Shown: positions 49,622 to 59,635, counted from the first letter of the stretch. The stretch: 64,000 bases of DNA from Patescibacteria group bacterium (GCA_041666185.1 JBAYHL010000001.1:153619-217618), one strand, 5' to 3'. Translations and numbers: made by a program. Notes: a model not told the origin generated them from the letters alone.

Positions 49622-50611
49622 TTAATATCCTGTTAAATGTTTCTTTCGCCAATTCCAATCAGTAAAAATAATCGAATCTAAACTCGAATATTTTAGATCC
49701 CACCCTAAAAGTTTTTTAGCTTTTTCGGCTGATGCTACCGATACTTCAATATCACCTTCACGTTTCTCAATGTTTTTAGTCGGAATTTCTTGACCAATAA
49801 TTATGCTTGCTTTATTAACAATTTCTTTAATAGAAAAACCTGTCTCAGATCCTAAATTAAAAATCTCGCCAGTACATTCACTTATTTTTTTTAATGCTAA
49901 AATATGAGCCTGGGTAATATCTTCAACGTGAACAAAATCACGAATTGCTGTACCATCTTTTGTATTATAATCATCCCCAAAGACTTTTAAAGTTTCTTGT
50001 TGCCCTAAGGCAACTTTCATAATATTTTCAATCAAATCCTGACTTTGAAGATGGGATTTTCCTAAAAATCCCTCCTGATCAGAACCACCAACATTAAAAT
50101 ATCTTAAAACTATATATTGTAAATTTTCAACTTTAGTTAAATATTTTTCAAAGTCTAATTTAGTTTGACCGTATGGACTCGTGGGATTGGTAGGATGATT
50201 TTCATCAATAGGAGTGTACTGGGGGCCACCATAAACAGCCGCTGATGAAGAAAAAATAAATTTACTGATTCCCGCTTCCGTCATGGCCTCAATTAAGTTA
50301 ACGCTATTAAGATAATTCTCTTGATGATATAACTCTGGATTTTTAACTGATTCGGCAGCATCGATCTTGGCAGATAAATGCATTACCACATCGATATTTT
50401 TACTTTTCAAAACTTCTGTTAGCGTTTCAATATCCGCTAAATCACCTTTAATAAACTCGAACTCACCATAATTATCTTTAATTATTTCTGCGGCTTGAAT
50501 AAAACCAGTTGATAAATTATCAAAAACCACCACTTCGTAATTTTCTTTAAGCAAATTTTTAATCAAATGACTGCCGATATAACCAGCGCCACCGGTCACA
50601 AATATCTTCAT
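49622..50611 (-). CDS. galE: UDP-glucose 4-epimerase
   Basis: GGAGYIGSH, SSSAAVYG, YGQTK, LRYFN, DGTAIRDFVHV. Confidence 0.95.
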   Translation of the reverse strand: MKIFVTGGAGYIGSHLIKNLLKENYEVVVFDNLSTGFIQAAEIIKDNYGEFEFIKGDLADIETLTEVLKSKNIDVVMHLSAKIDAAESVKNPELYHQENYLNSVNLIEAMTEAGISKFIFSSSAAVYGGPQYTPIDENHPTNPTSPYGQTKLDFEKYLTKVENLQYIVLRYFNVGGSDQEGFLGKSHLQSQDLIENIMKVALGQQETLKVFGDDYNTKDGTAIRDFVHVEDITQAHILALKKISECTGEIFNLGSETGFSIKEIVNKASIIIGQEIPTKNIEKREGDIEVSVASAEKAKKLLGWDLKYSSLDSIIFTDWNWRKKHLTGY

Positions 50612-51411
50612 TTCACTTCTTTATTAACAAACCTATCATCCTGCCAAAGTTTACGACCATCCGGGCTTAATATATTTTCCGCAATTTCTGGAAGAGCATA
50701 TTTTTTAGCATCATCAATATCAATAATAGGAATATTATTTTTTATTCTCGTCTTCATGATAAAATCGTGCATCTTATCAAAATTTTTAATACTAACGCTC
50801 CCTGGATTACGACGATAATTAACTAAAATTTCTTCAGTGTAACAAAATTTTCCACCAGCATTAAAAATCCTTAAAAACATATCGTAATCTTCAGATAAAC
50901 TAAATTCCGGATCATAACCACCAACTTCTAAACATTTTGATCGCCTAAAAGCGGTTCCTGCACCAGTCATGAAGTTAAACATCTGAAAAAGGTTAGGGTT
51001 AAAAGGTTGAAAAGTTGTTGTCCAACGCTTTTCTTCCTCGGCAATAAAATATTCTAGATTACAATAAAAAGCGTCACCTTGATTTTCGGTCATTATTTCA
51101 TAAGTCACCCGAGCACGTTGAGGCCGATTAATATCGTCTCCATCAGCAGTGAGCATGATGTCACTTTTAGCATTTTTAATGGCTAAGTTCCTAGCATGAC
51201 AAATTCCTGTCTCACCTTCAGGAAGTTCAAAATAAAATATCCTATCGTCTTTGAAAGATTTAACCACTTCTTCAATTGGTTCATCACTATGATCATTAAC
51301 AATCAATGCTTCCCAATCTGGCATGTCTTGGTCTAAAAAAGATTGAATTGTTTCTTTTAATTCGTTTGATCGATTTTTAACACCGGTAATAAAACTTACT
51401 TTAGGGGTCAT
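50608..51411 (-). CDS. glycosyltransferase family 2
   Basis: NDHSD, ARN, DGDD, GGYD, SEDYD. Start placed at MTPKVS. Confidence 0.9.
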   Translation of the reverse strand: MTPKVSFITGVKNRSNELKETIQSFLDQDMPDWEALIVNDHSDEPIEEVVKSFKDDRIFYFELPEGETGICHARNLAIKNAKSDIMLTADGDDINRPQRARVTYEIMTENQGDAFYCNLEYFIAEEEKRWTTTFQPFNPNLFQMFNFMTGAGTAFRRSKCLEVGGYDPEFSLSEDYDMFLRIFNAGGKFCYTEEILVNYRRNPGSVSIKNFDKMHDFIMKTRIKNNIPIIDIDDAKKYALPEIAENILSPDGRKLWQDDRFVNKEVK

Positions 51412-51519
51412 TGAACAATCCTCCAATAGCAATTAATAAATAATTTTATTATAATTTGATAGAGATATTGATTCGTTCTACTTAATTTCAATGTAACATA
51501 CAATTCGTAAAGGATAAAG

Positions 51520-52302
51520 ATGAATAAACCAAGCATTTCTATCATAATGCCAGCTAAAAATCGAGAAATTGAGATAAAAGATACGATCAACTCGATTATT
51601 AACCAAACTTTCAAAGATTGGGAATTAATTGTTATCGATGACCATAGTACCGACAAAACAGCGGAAATTATTAAAAATTATAAAAATCCAAAAATAAAAT
51701 ATTACTATCTATTAAACGGTACTGGTCCTGGTGCCGCTCGAGATTTTGGTATTAAAAAAGCTCAAGCTGAAATAATAGTCTTAGCTGACTCGGACGACAT
51801 AAACTATCCTTATCGACTTGAAAAAACTTACCAAACTTTCAAAAAAAACCCTGAGATTAATATGGTTTATAGCCCAATAGAACGCTTGGAAATTAATGGT
51901 CAAAAAACCCTCAGACCAAGCCAAGAGTTCGATCCAGAGTTACTTTGGTGTTATAACTATATTTCCCAACCAACAGTATCATTTAAAAAACAGGCTTACT
52001 TGCAAGTTGACGGCTATGACTTTGCTTTAAGAACTTCTGAAGACTATGACCTTTGGCTACAATTTTTAGAAAAAAATTGTAAATTCAAACTTATCAACGA
52101 ACCGCTTGTCTCACAAAAGATTCATGAAAAAAGCACGCTTTTGCAAACCGAACTTTTGAAACGCAAGAAAAACTTAGCCTATGTGAGAAAAAAACATTCA
52201 CTCAAAACTCCGGATTTTGAAAATGTTAAAAAATTAGTACAAAATAAAGATTTACTAGAACTCATTTCCGCACCTGGGGCAATCGATTTTTGGTTTAAGT
52301 AA
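51520..52302 (+). CDS. glycosyltransferase family 2
   Basis: DDHSTD, DSDD, GYD, SEDYDLW. Confidence 0.9.
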   Translation: MNKPSISIIMPAKNREIEIKDTINSIINQTFKDWELIVIDDHSTDKTAEIIKNYKNPKIKYYYLLNGTGPGAARDFGIKKAQAEIIVLADSDDINYPYRLEKTYQTFKKNPEINMVYSPIERLEINGQKTLRPSQEFDPELLWCYNYISQPTVSFKKQAYLQVDGYDFALRTSEDYDLWLQFLEKNCKFKLINEPLVSQKIHEKSTLLQTELLKRKKNLAYVRKKHSLKTPDFENVKKLVQNKDLLELISAPGAIDFWFK

Positions 52303-53386
52303 TTTGAGCTAAAATTTTTTCATATACTTTTTCGTATCTTTCGACCATTAATTTAGCTGAAAAATTATCTTCAACATATTTACGACAATAGTTCCTGTCA
52401 ATTTGATCTATTTTTTTGACAGCCTCTGCCATACCATTAACATCGTCTGGCTTTACCAAAAAACCAACTTTGCCATCAACAATCGCTTCCGATGTTGCCC
52501 CTATGTCAGAGCCGATAACAGGTGTTCCACAAGCCATTGATTCTAGCATTGTCATGCCAAAGGCCTCAACATGCTGAATCGGAAAGAGAAATGCTTTAGC
52601 GTTTTTATAAAGTTTCACCTTTTGTTCAAACGAAATTGGTCCAAAAGAATCAATCGGACCAATAAATTCTATTTTCTCAGATAAGTGTGGTTTGATTTCA
52701 CGATCAAAAAAGTCAGCAGATTCAACATTACCAGCAATCTTTAGTTTCATTCCTAGTTTTTCAGCAACTTTTATTGCCGTTGTCACACCTTTAGGATCGG
52801 TTTTTTTACCATCAACTTCCACAAACTCTTTAATGCGACCAAAAAATAACAAGTAATCTTCTGGTGAATCATTAAAATTAAATTCCTCAACCTCTATACC
52901 GTTATAAACAACATCTTTAAAATTAACGCTTGGTGCGCTTTCTTTTTGAAATTCAGAGACAGCCATAAAATTTACTTCTGGATGAGCTTCAAAATTTTCA
53001 ATTAATTCTGGCCACATATAAAGATGTGGTGTTACGACTATTGGTGGTTTTAAAAGTTTAGTATAGGTAATCGGTAAAACTTCTGGATAAAGATGACTGT
53101 GAATAATATCAAATTCTTCATCTCTTTTAATTAGCTCATCCATCATGCGACAAAGATAAATTATATGTTGGTAAAAAGGGTTTTCCGCTTCCTTCATTTT
53201 GTAAATTGAAGTTGGTGAAATTTTAATTAAGTCTCCAGAAACGTTCGAGTCACCTGTACCAAAAACCGTTACTTTGTGGCCTTTTTCAACAAGACCTTTG
53301 GCTAAATCATAAACAATTCTTGGTCTTGAGCCACGAGAATCAATTTCAGCCGCTCTTGTAAGTGGTGCTAATAAAGCAATTTTCAT
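52295..53386 (-). CDS. glycosyltransferase family 4
   Basis: VYNGI, FFGRI..KG, EAFGMTMLESMACGTPV. Confidence 0.92.
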   Translation of the reverse strand: MKIALLAPLTRAAEIDSRGSRPRIVYDLAKGLVEKGHKVTVFGTGDSNVSGDLIKISPTSIYKMKEAENPFYQHIIYLCRMMDELIKRDEEFDIIHSHLYPEVLPITYTKLLKPPIVVTPHLYMWPELIENFEAHPEVNFMAVSEFQKESAPSVNFKDVVYNGIEVEEFNFNDSPEDYLLFFGRIKEFVEVDGKKTDPKGVTTAIKVAEKLGMKLKIAGNVESADFFDREIKPHLSEKIEFIGPIDSFGPISFEQKVKLYKNAKAFLFPIQHVEAFGMTMLESMACGTPVIGSDIGATSEAIVDGKVGFLVKPDDVNGMAEAVKKIDQIDRNYCRKYVEDNFSAKLMVERYEKVYEKILAQIT

Positions 53387-53401
53387 TTTGCTCCTTTAAA
53401 A

Positions 53402-54625
53402 TTATTCTAACCAAGAAAGCAACTTATCCAGTTCTGCTTTTTCTTGCTGTTTTTTAATTACATGCTTAAGAGCTTGGCGATAAGAATCACGCATTGCTCC
53501 AGCCGCCTTTTCCCAAGTAAATCTTTCTTCAATTAATTTGCGACAACGCTTACCCATTGCTAACCTTAACTTATCGTTATTTATAATTTTATTAACTTTT
53601 TCAGCAATTTCTTTCGGGCTACGTGGTCTAACTAAAAAGCCTGTTTTACCATCTTTGATAACATTGGGAATTCCGCCAATCCGAGACGCAACCACGGGAG
53701 TTTTAGCCGCCATCGCTTCTAAAATAACAAAGCCTAAAGCCTCCCTTACGGTTGAGGGTACAACCACAACATCAGCCCGAGTATAAAATTCTCGCAGTTC
53801 CTTAACATAATCTTTGCCAAAATATCCCAAAAAATGAACGTTTTCAATTTTCAGTTCTTTCGCTAGCTCTTCTAATTCTTTTTGATAATCACCACCACCA
53901 AGAACATAAACTTCGGCTTGAATATTTTTAGCGGCTCGAATTAGAAATTCAATACCTTTTTCTTTATCTAATCGGCCAACAAAAATCACTAATTTTTTAT
54001 CTTTCAAATGATATTTTTTATTAACAATTGTTATTTGTCTATCAAGTGGATACAAGCCTAAATCCACACCGGGAAATACTGTTCTAGTTTTTCTTCGAAA
54101 GGTTTCCCCAAAAAGAGAATAAAATCTATTTTTAGTATCAAAACTATTTGGGAAAATTCGACTTGCTCTTGTAAGCGAATGCTTTGTTAATAATTTTAAT
54201 CTGCGATCAACCAAAGCTGTGTTTAAATCTGGTCCATGAACACTAACAACAAAAGGAATGTTATACATTATTTTTATATAATCAGCCACCCAAACCAAAA
54301 AAGAAACATGTTGAACATGAATAATGTCCGGTTTAAAATCCTCAACAGCCTTTACTGTCTCTTCCAAATACGGCAATAAATATTTCGTAAATTCCAAGCT
54401 TGTCATTTCAGAATATTTTTTTGCCATTGGGTAGTCCGGATGATTGTGAAAAACACCTGGGAATGGAGTTTTTACATTAAAAATTTTGACTTTAGATAAT
54501 TTGTGATCGTCGGGACAGACAATCGCTACCTTGTCTTTTTTAACTAATTCTTCTGCTAATTTTCTAACATAAGTGCCACTTCCCGAACCCCATAGTGGCG
54601 CTCTGTGTAATATTAATATTTTCAT
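53402..54625 (-). CDS. glycosyltransferase family 4
   Basis: FVGRLDKEKG and EALGFVILEAMAAKTPVV. Start placed at MKILIL. Confidence 0.92.
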   Translation of the reverse strand: MKILILHRAPLWGSGSGTYVRKLAEELVKKDKVAIVCPDDHKLSKVKIFNVKTPFPGVFHNHPDYPMAKKYSEMTSLEFTKYLLPYLEETVKAVEDFKPDIIHVQHVSFLVWVADYIKIMYNIPFVVSVHGPDLNTALVDRRLKLLTKHSLTRASRIFPNSFDTKNRFYSLFGETFRRKTRTVFPGVDLGLYPLDRQITIVNKKYHLKDKKLVIFVGRLDKEKGIEFLIRAAKNIQAEVYVLGGGDYQKELEELAKELKIENVHFLGYFGKDYVKELREFYTRADVVVVPSTVREALGFVILEAMAAKTPVVASRIGGIPNVIKDGKTGFLVRPRSPKEIAEKVNKIINNDKLRLAMGKRCRKLIEERFTWEKAAGAMRDSYRQALKHVIKKQQEKAELDKLLSWLE

Positions 54626-54635
54626 AGTTTTCCCT

Positions 54636-55673
54636 TTACTCTTCTTCCCAATCCTTTGGTGGCATTTTTCTTTCAATACCTTCAAGTGCTTGGCGGATTT
54701 CACCTTCGTCTGCCGCATCAATGTCCTCGATACCATGTTGCCTTAAAACTTCTTGGACATTTTCTTCAGCACTCAAAATATTTTTCAATTGTTCTGGATT
54801 CTTAATAAATTTTACATTTGGCAACCAATATTCCGGAATCTCGTCTAAACCACGGCTCCAACGTTTTTCACCCTTTTCGTAATCTAGTAAAGATGTACCT
54901 AATCTTACTTCAGCAATTTTTTGCCTCTCTTCATCTAAATCCTTCAAAACTTCTTGGCGATAAATTTGATTTTTTTCATGGCCAAAATAATTATCAGCTA
55001 TTTTTTGATAACGTTCGTCAATTACAGAAACAACTGGTTCCACACCTACACCCTTACCGCTTGCTCCCAACTTATTGGCCAATTTAACAATTCGGTCAAT
55101 ATGGAAATTGTTTGAAAGCAAAGCCGTATTTTGATATTTACCTCGATTTGCTTCTAAAAAATTAATTGTGTAAGCAAAATTTTCAATCGTATTGGTAGCC
55201 TTATCTTCTAAAAGAACATGTGGTTCGGTATTTTGCCATCGAGCTTCAATTTCGTTTGCTACTTCGTCATCACTTCTGCCTTCTTTTTTAAGATCTCTTG
55301 TCCACCAATTTTCTAGCTTATGATGAAAATAGTCTTTCATTAATTGCGCTTCGGAAGCATTGATTCCTTCTTTTTGTTTAACAGTTCCTCCAGTTAAAAT
55401 TACATCCCCAACCTGGCCATCCATAAACAATTTTGCTGCTGCCATAGTTCTTAATTTTGCTCCCAAAGGTAATCGCCAACTTTTTTCTGGCTTTCCGATT
55501 ATTTCTTTTCCCATTGCTTGTTTTTCTAAATCTTGATCAGAAACAATACCAAAACCAAAAACCACCAAAGCATCAATTGGTTTTTTAGTTTCCTGTTCAA
55601 TTGATTTTTCATATTCTAAAGCTGCTTGTTTTTCTTCTTCTGATTTAAATTGTTCTGATTCAAAATTTTCCAT
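54636..55673 (-). CDS. YdcF/DUF218 (ElyC/SanA-like) protein
   Basis: ILTGG, SEAQLM, LEDKATNTIEN, SNNFH..R. Confidence 0.8.
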   Translation of the reverse strand: MENFESEQFKSEEEKQAALEYEKSIEQETKKPIDALVVFGFGIVSDQDLEKQAMGKEIIGKPEKSWRLPLGAKLRTMAAAKLFMDGQVGDVILTGGTVKQKEGINASEAQLMKDYFHHKLENWWTRDLKKEGRSDDEVANEIEARWQNTEPHVLLEDKATNTIENFAYTINFLEANRGKYQNTALLSNNFHIDRIVKLANKLGASGKGVGVEPVVSVIDERYQKIADNYFGHEKNQIYRQEVLKDLDEERQKIAEVRLGTSLLDYEKGEKRWSRGLDEIPEYWLPNVKFIKNPEQLKNILSAEENVQEVLRQHGIEDIDAADEGEIRQALEGIERKMPPKDWEEE

Positions 55674-56651
55674 TTAAACCTTCTTTAAAAATTGAGCTGC
55701 TAATTCTGGGGAAACAACATCAATAACAATTCCTGAGCCCATCTCATAACCACCGAATTTTGAAACTCTCGGAGCAATTTCTAAATGCCAGTGGTAGTAA
55801 TCATCAAGATGATCTTTTTTAGTTGGGCTAGTATGAACCCACCAGTTAAGTGGCGGGGACTTTAATGATCCATTTAATTTCGAAAGGCATTCATAAGCTA
55901 TTCTACCCATATTTTCAAGTTCTCCTTGAGAAATATTTTCAAAAAATGGTGAATGTTTTTTAGGCAAAACCCAAATTTCGAAAGGAAATCGCGATGCAAA
56001 AAAAGTAAAAGCAATGAAATCTTCATTTTCACTAACCACACGACAATTTTGATTTTTTTCTTCTTCAATCATAGCACAAAAAACACACTTACCCTTATCA
56101 AGAAAAAACTTTTTTGAACCAGCTAATTCATCCTCAATCAAATTAGGAATAATTGAGGAAGCAAAAAACTGTGAATGTGGATGCTCAATTGAAGCCGCCG
56201 CTTCCGGTCCCAAGTTATGAATCGGCATAGCGTATTCAATCACTGGATTCTTTTTCCAAAACAAATACCTATCTTTGTAAACACCGAATAGCTCTGTCAA
56301 TGGTTCCCACCCACCTTCATAAACCTCTGTTTCGTGATCTTTAAAAATAATCACTTCATGGCCACCAACTGATTTAGTTGAAAAATAAAAATCATCACTT
56401 TCATTAATTACTTCTTCATCACCATCATTAAAAGCTGGATATTTGTTTGGAATAACGTAAATATGATCTGTTTCGGCATCCTTGATAGAAAATTGATAAG
56501 CACTTTTAGGATTGGACAAACAAAATGGACATTCTCCGTCCATATGTCTTTTAGGTGCCGACGCCATTACAAAATCTTCTGGACGTTTTGCCCGCTCAGG
56601 GGCAATGACTACCCATTTACCAGTAATAATATTTTGCCTTAATTTTGCCAT
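55674..56651 (-). CDS. galT: GalT-family (HIT) nucleotidyltransferase / NDP-sugar phosphorylase
   Basis: R..RP, CPFC, NKYPA, HEVII, EHPHSQ active-site motif, WHLEI.PR. Confidence 0.88.
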   Translation of the reverse strand: MAKLRQNIITGKWVVIAPERAKRPEDFVMASAPKRHMDGECPFCLSNPKSAYQFSIKDAETDHIYVIPNKYPAFNDGDEEVINESDDFYFSTKSVGGHEVIIFKDHETEVYEGGWEPLTELFGVYKDRYLFWKKNPVIEYAMPIHNLGPEAAASIEHPHSQFFASSIIPNLIEDELAGSKKFFLDKGKCVFCAMIEEEKNQNCRVVSENEDFIAFTFFASRFPFEIWVLPKKHSPFFENISQGELENMGRIAYECLSKLNGSLKSPPLNWWVHTSPTKKDHLDDYYHWHLEIAPRVSKFGGYEMGSGIVIDVVSPELAAQFLKKV

Positions 56652-56716
56652 AATTCCTCCCTGCAAAATTCCGCGACAAGCGTAAGCTTGTCTATATTTT
56701 GTCTAAGTTTTGCCAT
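56639..56716 (-). other. leader ORF (25 aa) duplicating the galT N-terminus
   Basis: AAGGAG SD, then MAKLRQNIDKLTLVAEFCREELWQN*. Contains hairpin GACAAGC-TTAC-GCTTGTC. Confidence 0.55.
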
Positions 56717-56740
56717 TTCGCTCCTTTTATAAAATTTGTT

Positions 56741-57259
56741 TTAAGCTTTTAAGTTATTTTCTATATATTTATGATAATGAGCCATAGCAATCGCTAAAGC
56801 ATCAGCGGCATCATCGAAACCATCTTTTTTACCAGAACTAACATTTCTAACAGGATTTAAAGCTTTTTTAACTTCTTCTAAAACTTGCTTTTTATCCGAT
56901 CTTCCGTAGCCAGTAACCGCCATCTTAACCTGTATAGGTGTATATTCAAATGTTTGAAGGGCTAATCCCTTTTTGGCACAAGCCAGCAGTATTACACCTC
57001 TAGCCTCAGATATTTTCATAACCGTTTTTTGATTATTAAACATAAACAATAATTCAATAGCAATCTGATCTGGCTGAAAGCGTTCTATTAAGTTTATTAT
57101 ATCATTAAAGATTATATTCAATCTCTCTGCGTCAGTTTTGAGTTTATCTGTTTCATTACAACCATGAGCAACCCAAGAAAACGAACCATCTTCATCAGAA
57201 ACATCAATTACGCCGTAACCACAACGAGCCGTACCCGGATCAATTCCTAAAATTCGCAA
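56741..57259 (-). CDS. ruvC: crossover junction endodeoxyribonuclease RuvC
   Basis: ILGIDPG, IE, ARGV, K.AVTGYG.SDK, DDAADALA. Confidence 0.96.
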   Translation of the reverse strand: MRILGIDPGTARCGYGVIDVSDEDGSFSWVAHGCNETDKLKTDAERLNIIFNDIINLIERFQPDQIAIELLFMFNNQKTVMKISEARGVILLACAKKGLALQTFEYTPIQVKMAVTGYGRSDKKQVLEEVKKALNPVRNVSSGKKDGFDDAADALAIAMAHYHKYIENNLKA

Positions 57260-57296
57260 ATCAACCTCCTTAAATTAACAAAACTTTGAGAAAATA

Positions 57297-58034
57297 TTAA
57301 AGTTCTGCTACATGGTCTTTCGTATCGAAATTAGCATAAACTGCTGTTACATCATCTAAAGTTTCAAGTGCTTCCATTATTGATAAAATTTTTTGCGCTT
57401 CCGTTTCAGAAACTATAATTAAATTCTTTGGTTCCCAAGTTAAAGATGCTTCTTGAATATTAACAAATTCTCCCTCTAAAGCACGCTTAACTTTTTCTAG
57501 TTCTTGTGGCTGCGTATAAACTGCTAAAACATCTCCTTGCTCTTCTAAGTCTCTGGCGCCAGCATCAATAACCTTTAATTCTAAATCTTCATGATTTTGG
57601 TCAGCTAGATTAATAAGAAGCTTGCCCATTCGATCGAATTGATAAGTAATTGCTCCTGAACTAGCAAGTTTTGCTCCTGCTTTTACTAAAACATTTTTTA
57701 TTTCTGAATTAGTACGATTATGATTATCGGTAACAGCTTCGATCACGAGACCTGTGTTTGCCGGCCCAATAGCTCCATATAAAACCTCTTCAACTTTTGA
57801 ATCCCCAATCTCGCCAGCACCACGTTTAATTGCCCGTTCAATTGTTTCCTTTGGCATATTGGCTGAGCGCGCTTTTTCAACTGCCATTTTTAAAGTGAAG
57901 TTAGAGCTTGGGTCACCACCACTACGAGCGGCTAAAATTATAGCATTTGTGAGTTTCGAAAAAGCTGCTCCACGCTTAACATCGGCAGCACCTTTCTGAC
58001 GCTTTATCTGTGACCATTTACTATGTCCTGACAT
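57297..58034 (-). CDS. yebC: YebC/PmpR family protein
   Basis: MSGHSKW..IKRQK, TDNHNRT, LDDV..VY.N. Confidence 0.95.
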   Translation of the reverse strand: MSGHSKWSQIKRQKGAADVKRGAAFSKLTNAIILAARSGGDPSSNFTLKMAVEKARSANMPKETIERAIKRGAGEIGDSKVEEVLYGAIGPANTGLVIEAVTDNHNRTNSEIKNVLVKAGAKLASSGAITYQFDRMGKLLINLADQNHEDLELKVIDAGARDLEEQGDVLAVYTQPQELEKVKRALEGEFVNIQEASLTWEPKNLIIVSETEAQKILSIMEALETLDDVTAVYANFDTKDHVAEL

Positions 58035-58139
58035 AATACCTCTTGCTCAATATAACCTTAAACGCATTTTTTTTCAACCTTAATTTGACTTTTTTGTTTT
58101 CTATCCATAATATCTAATCATCACATACTGGAGAAAAAA

Positions 58140-58745
58140 ATGTGCTACTTTAAAAAATTAATCGCGCTTTTTTCGCATTTTTCAAAAAAGAAAAAAATAC
58201 CAATTGACAGTTTTGGTAAATCTAAAGCAAACTTATATTTAACTGTTGAAACTGTACCACCTAATAAATATAGTAATTATCTCCTAACAGGATTTATGGG
58301 GGAAAGATTGTCACCCAAAGAAGGCAAAAAAATTGCCGAAGAATTCATGATCCAACACCTTATCGGTGAAAAACATGTTACCGAAAAAGGATATTTATTG
58401 GATGGTTTTTTAAAAGACCTTCCAACAATTAAAGCGTATATCATTTTTGAACCTTCAACCATCCAACAACTTCTAAATCTCTGTGAGCAGTATCGCAATT
58501 ATAAATCAGAAAAAAATATCGAACTAGCCCATGTTGCCCCAGAATTAGGCTTACCCGATCAACCATACGGATTGCCAGAAGATTCTATCTTGTGGGATAA
58601 AAAAAGACAAGCTTTTTATTTACAATGGTGTAGAAAATTATTTCATCATCAACAAAAGCTTAAAAATCCCCATTTATCAACCAAGCTATTAAACCTAGAA
58701 CTATTTCGTCAACAATTAGACGATATGGGTACCTGGAGATTCTAA
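58140..58745 (+). CDS. hypothetical protein
   Basis: 201-aa ORF with GGAG SD and its own terminator. Confidence 0.65.
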   Translation: MCYFKKLIALFSHFSKKKKIPIDSFGKSKANLYLTVETVPPNKYSNYLLTGFMGERLSPKEGKKIAEEFMIQHLIGEKHVTEKGYLLDGFLKDLPTIKAYIIFEPSTIQQLLNLCEQYRNYKSEKNIELAHVAPELGLPDQPYGLPEDSILWDKKRQAFYLQWCRKLFHHQQKLKNPHLSTKLLNLELFRQQLDDMGTWRF

Positions 58746-58752
58746 GTCTATC

Positions 58753-58776
58753 AAGACCGAGCTAATCGGTCTTTTT
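58753..58776 (+). terminator. intrinsic terminator
   Basis: AAGACCGA-GCTAA-TCGGTCTT followed by TTT. Confidence 0.65.
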
Positions 58777-59635
58777 AATAATTTTTAATCGAGTACCCTT
58801 TGCCGTCCGAAGAAATTTCAATTGTGCCATTTTGATCAGTTCGATAAATTCTCACACCATACTGATTTAGGATATTAATCACACTAGAAGTTGGATGACC
58901 ATAGGTATTATCTTTTCCAACTGAAATAACAGCAACCGCAGGTTGCACAACTTTCAAGAAATCTTCTGTCAAGCCATTATTACTACCATGATGAGCTACT
59001 TTTAAAATGGTCGAAAAAATATTTTGATCTAATATTTTTTGCTGAATTTCTTTTTCAGCATCACCAGTAAAAAGAACTGAAAACTCTTTGTATTCCAATC
59101 GATTTACAATTGAAGCATTATTTAGATTGTCTAAATTTTTATTTTCAATAGGGGAGAGTGGATACAAAATTTTTATTTTTACGTCACCAAAACTTTTTTC
59201 ATCACCCACTTTAACAATTTTGTCTGAGATTTTTTTATCCAAAATTTCATTTTGCCACGTGCTATAAGAACCGGAAGGGTACTCTACTCCAGTCTCCCAA
59301 ACCTCATCTACTTTATATCTTTTCAAAACTTCTACCAAACCATTAATGTGATCGGCATGCGGATGAGTAAGGATCACTAAATTAATTTCACGATCACCAA
59401 AATCCATTACTTTTCCTAAACCATCTAAAACACTATTATTGGGACCGCCATCAATTAAAATGTCTTCGCCGGATGGTGTTTTAATATACCCTGCATCACC
59501 TTGACCAACATCCAAAAAATAAACTTTCAGATTTCCTGTGGCCTGTGAATTTGAAAATAGGCCAACACTTAAAACAATAATCGCAATTACTATTAATGAA
59601 AAGATAAACTGAAGACTACGTTTTTGCTGATTCAT
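58775..59635 (-). CDS. ComEC-associated metallo-beta-lactamase-fold nuclease
   Basis: LDVGQGD, THPHADHING, TGDAE, KVAHHGS, YGHP, RTDQNG. Confidence 0.92.
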   Translation of the reverse strand: MNQQKRSLQFIFSLIVIAIIVLSVGLFSNSQATGNLKVYFLDVGQGDAGYIKTPSGEDILIDGGPNNSVLDGLGKVMDFGDREINLVILTHPHADHINGLVEVLKRYKVDEVWETGVEYPSGSYSTWQNEILDKKISDKIVKVGDEKSFGDVKIKILYPLSPIENKNLDNLNNASIVNRLEYKEFSVLFTGDAEKEIQQKILDQNIFSTILKVAHHGSNNGLTEDFLKVVQPAVAVISVGKDNTYGHPTSSVINILNQYGVRIYRTDQNGTIEISSDGKGYSIKNY

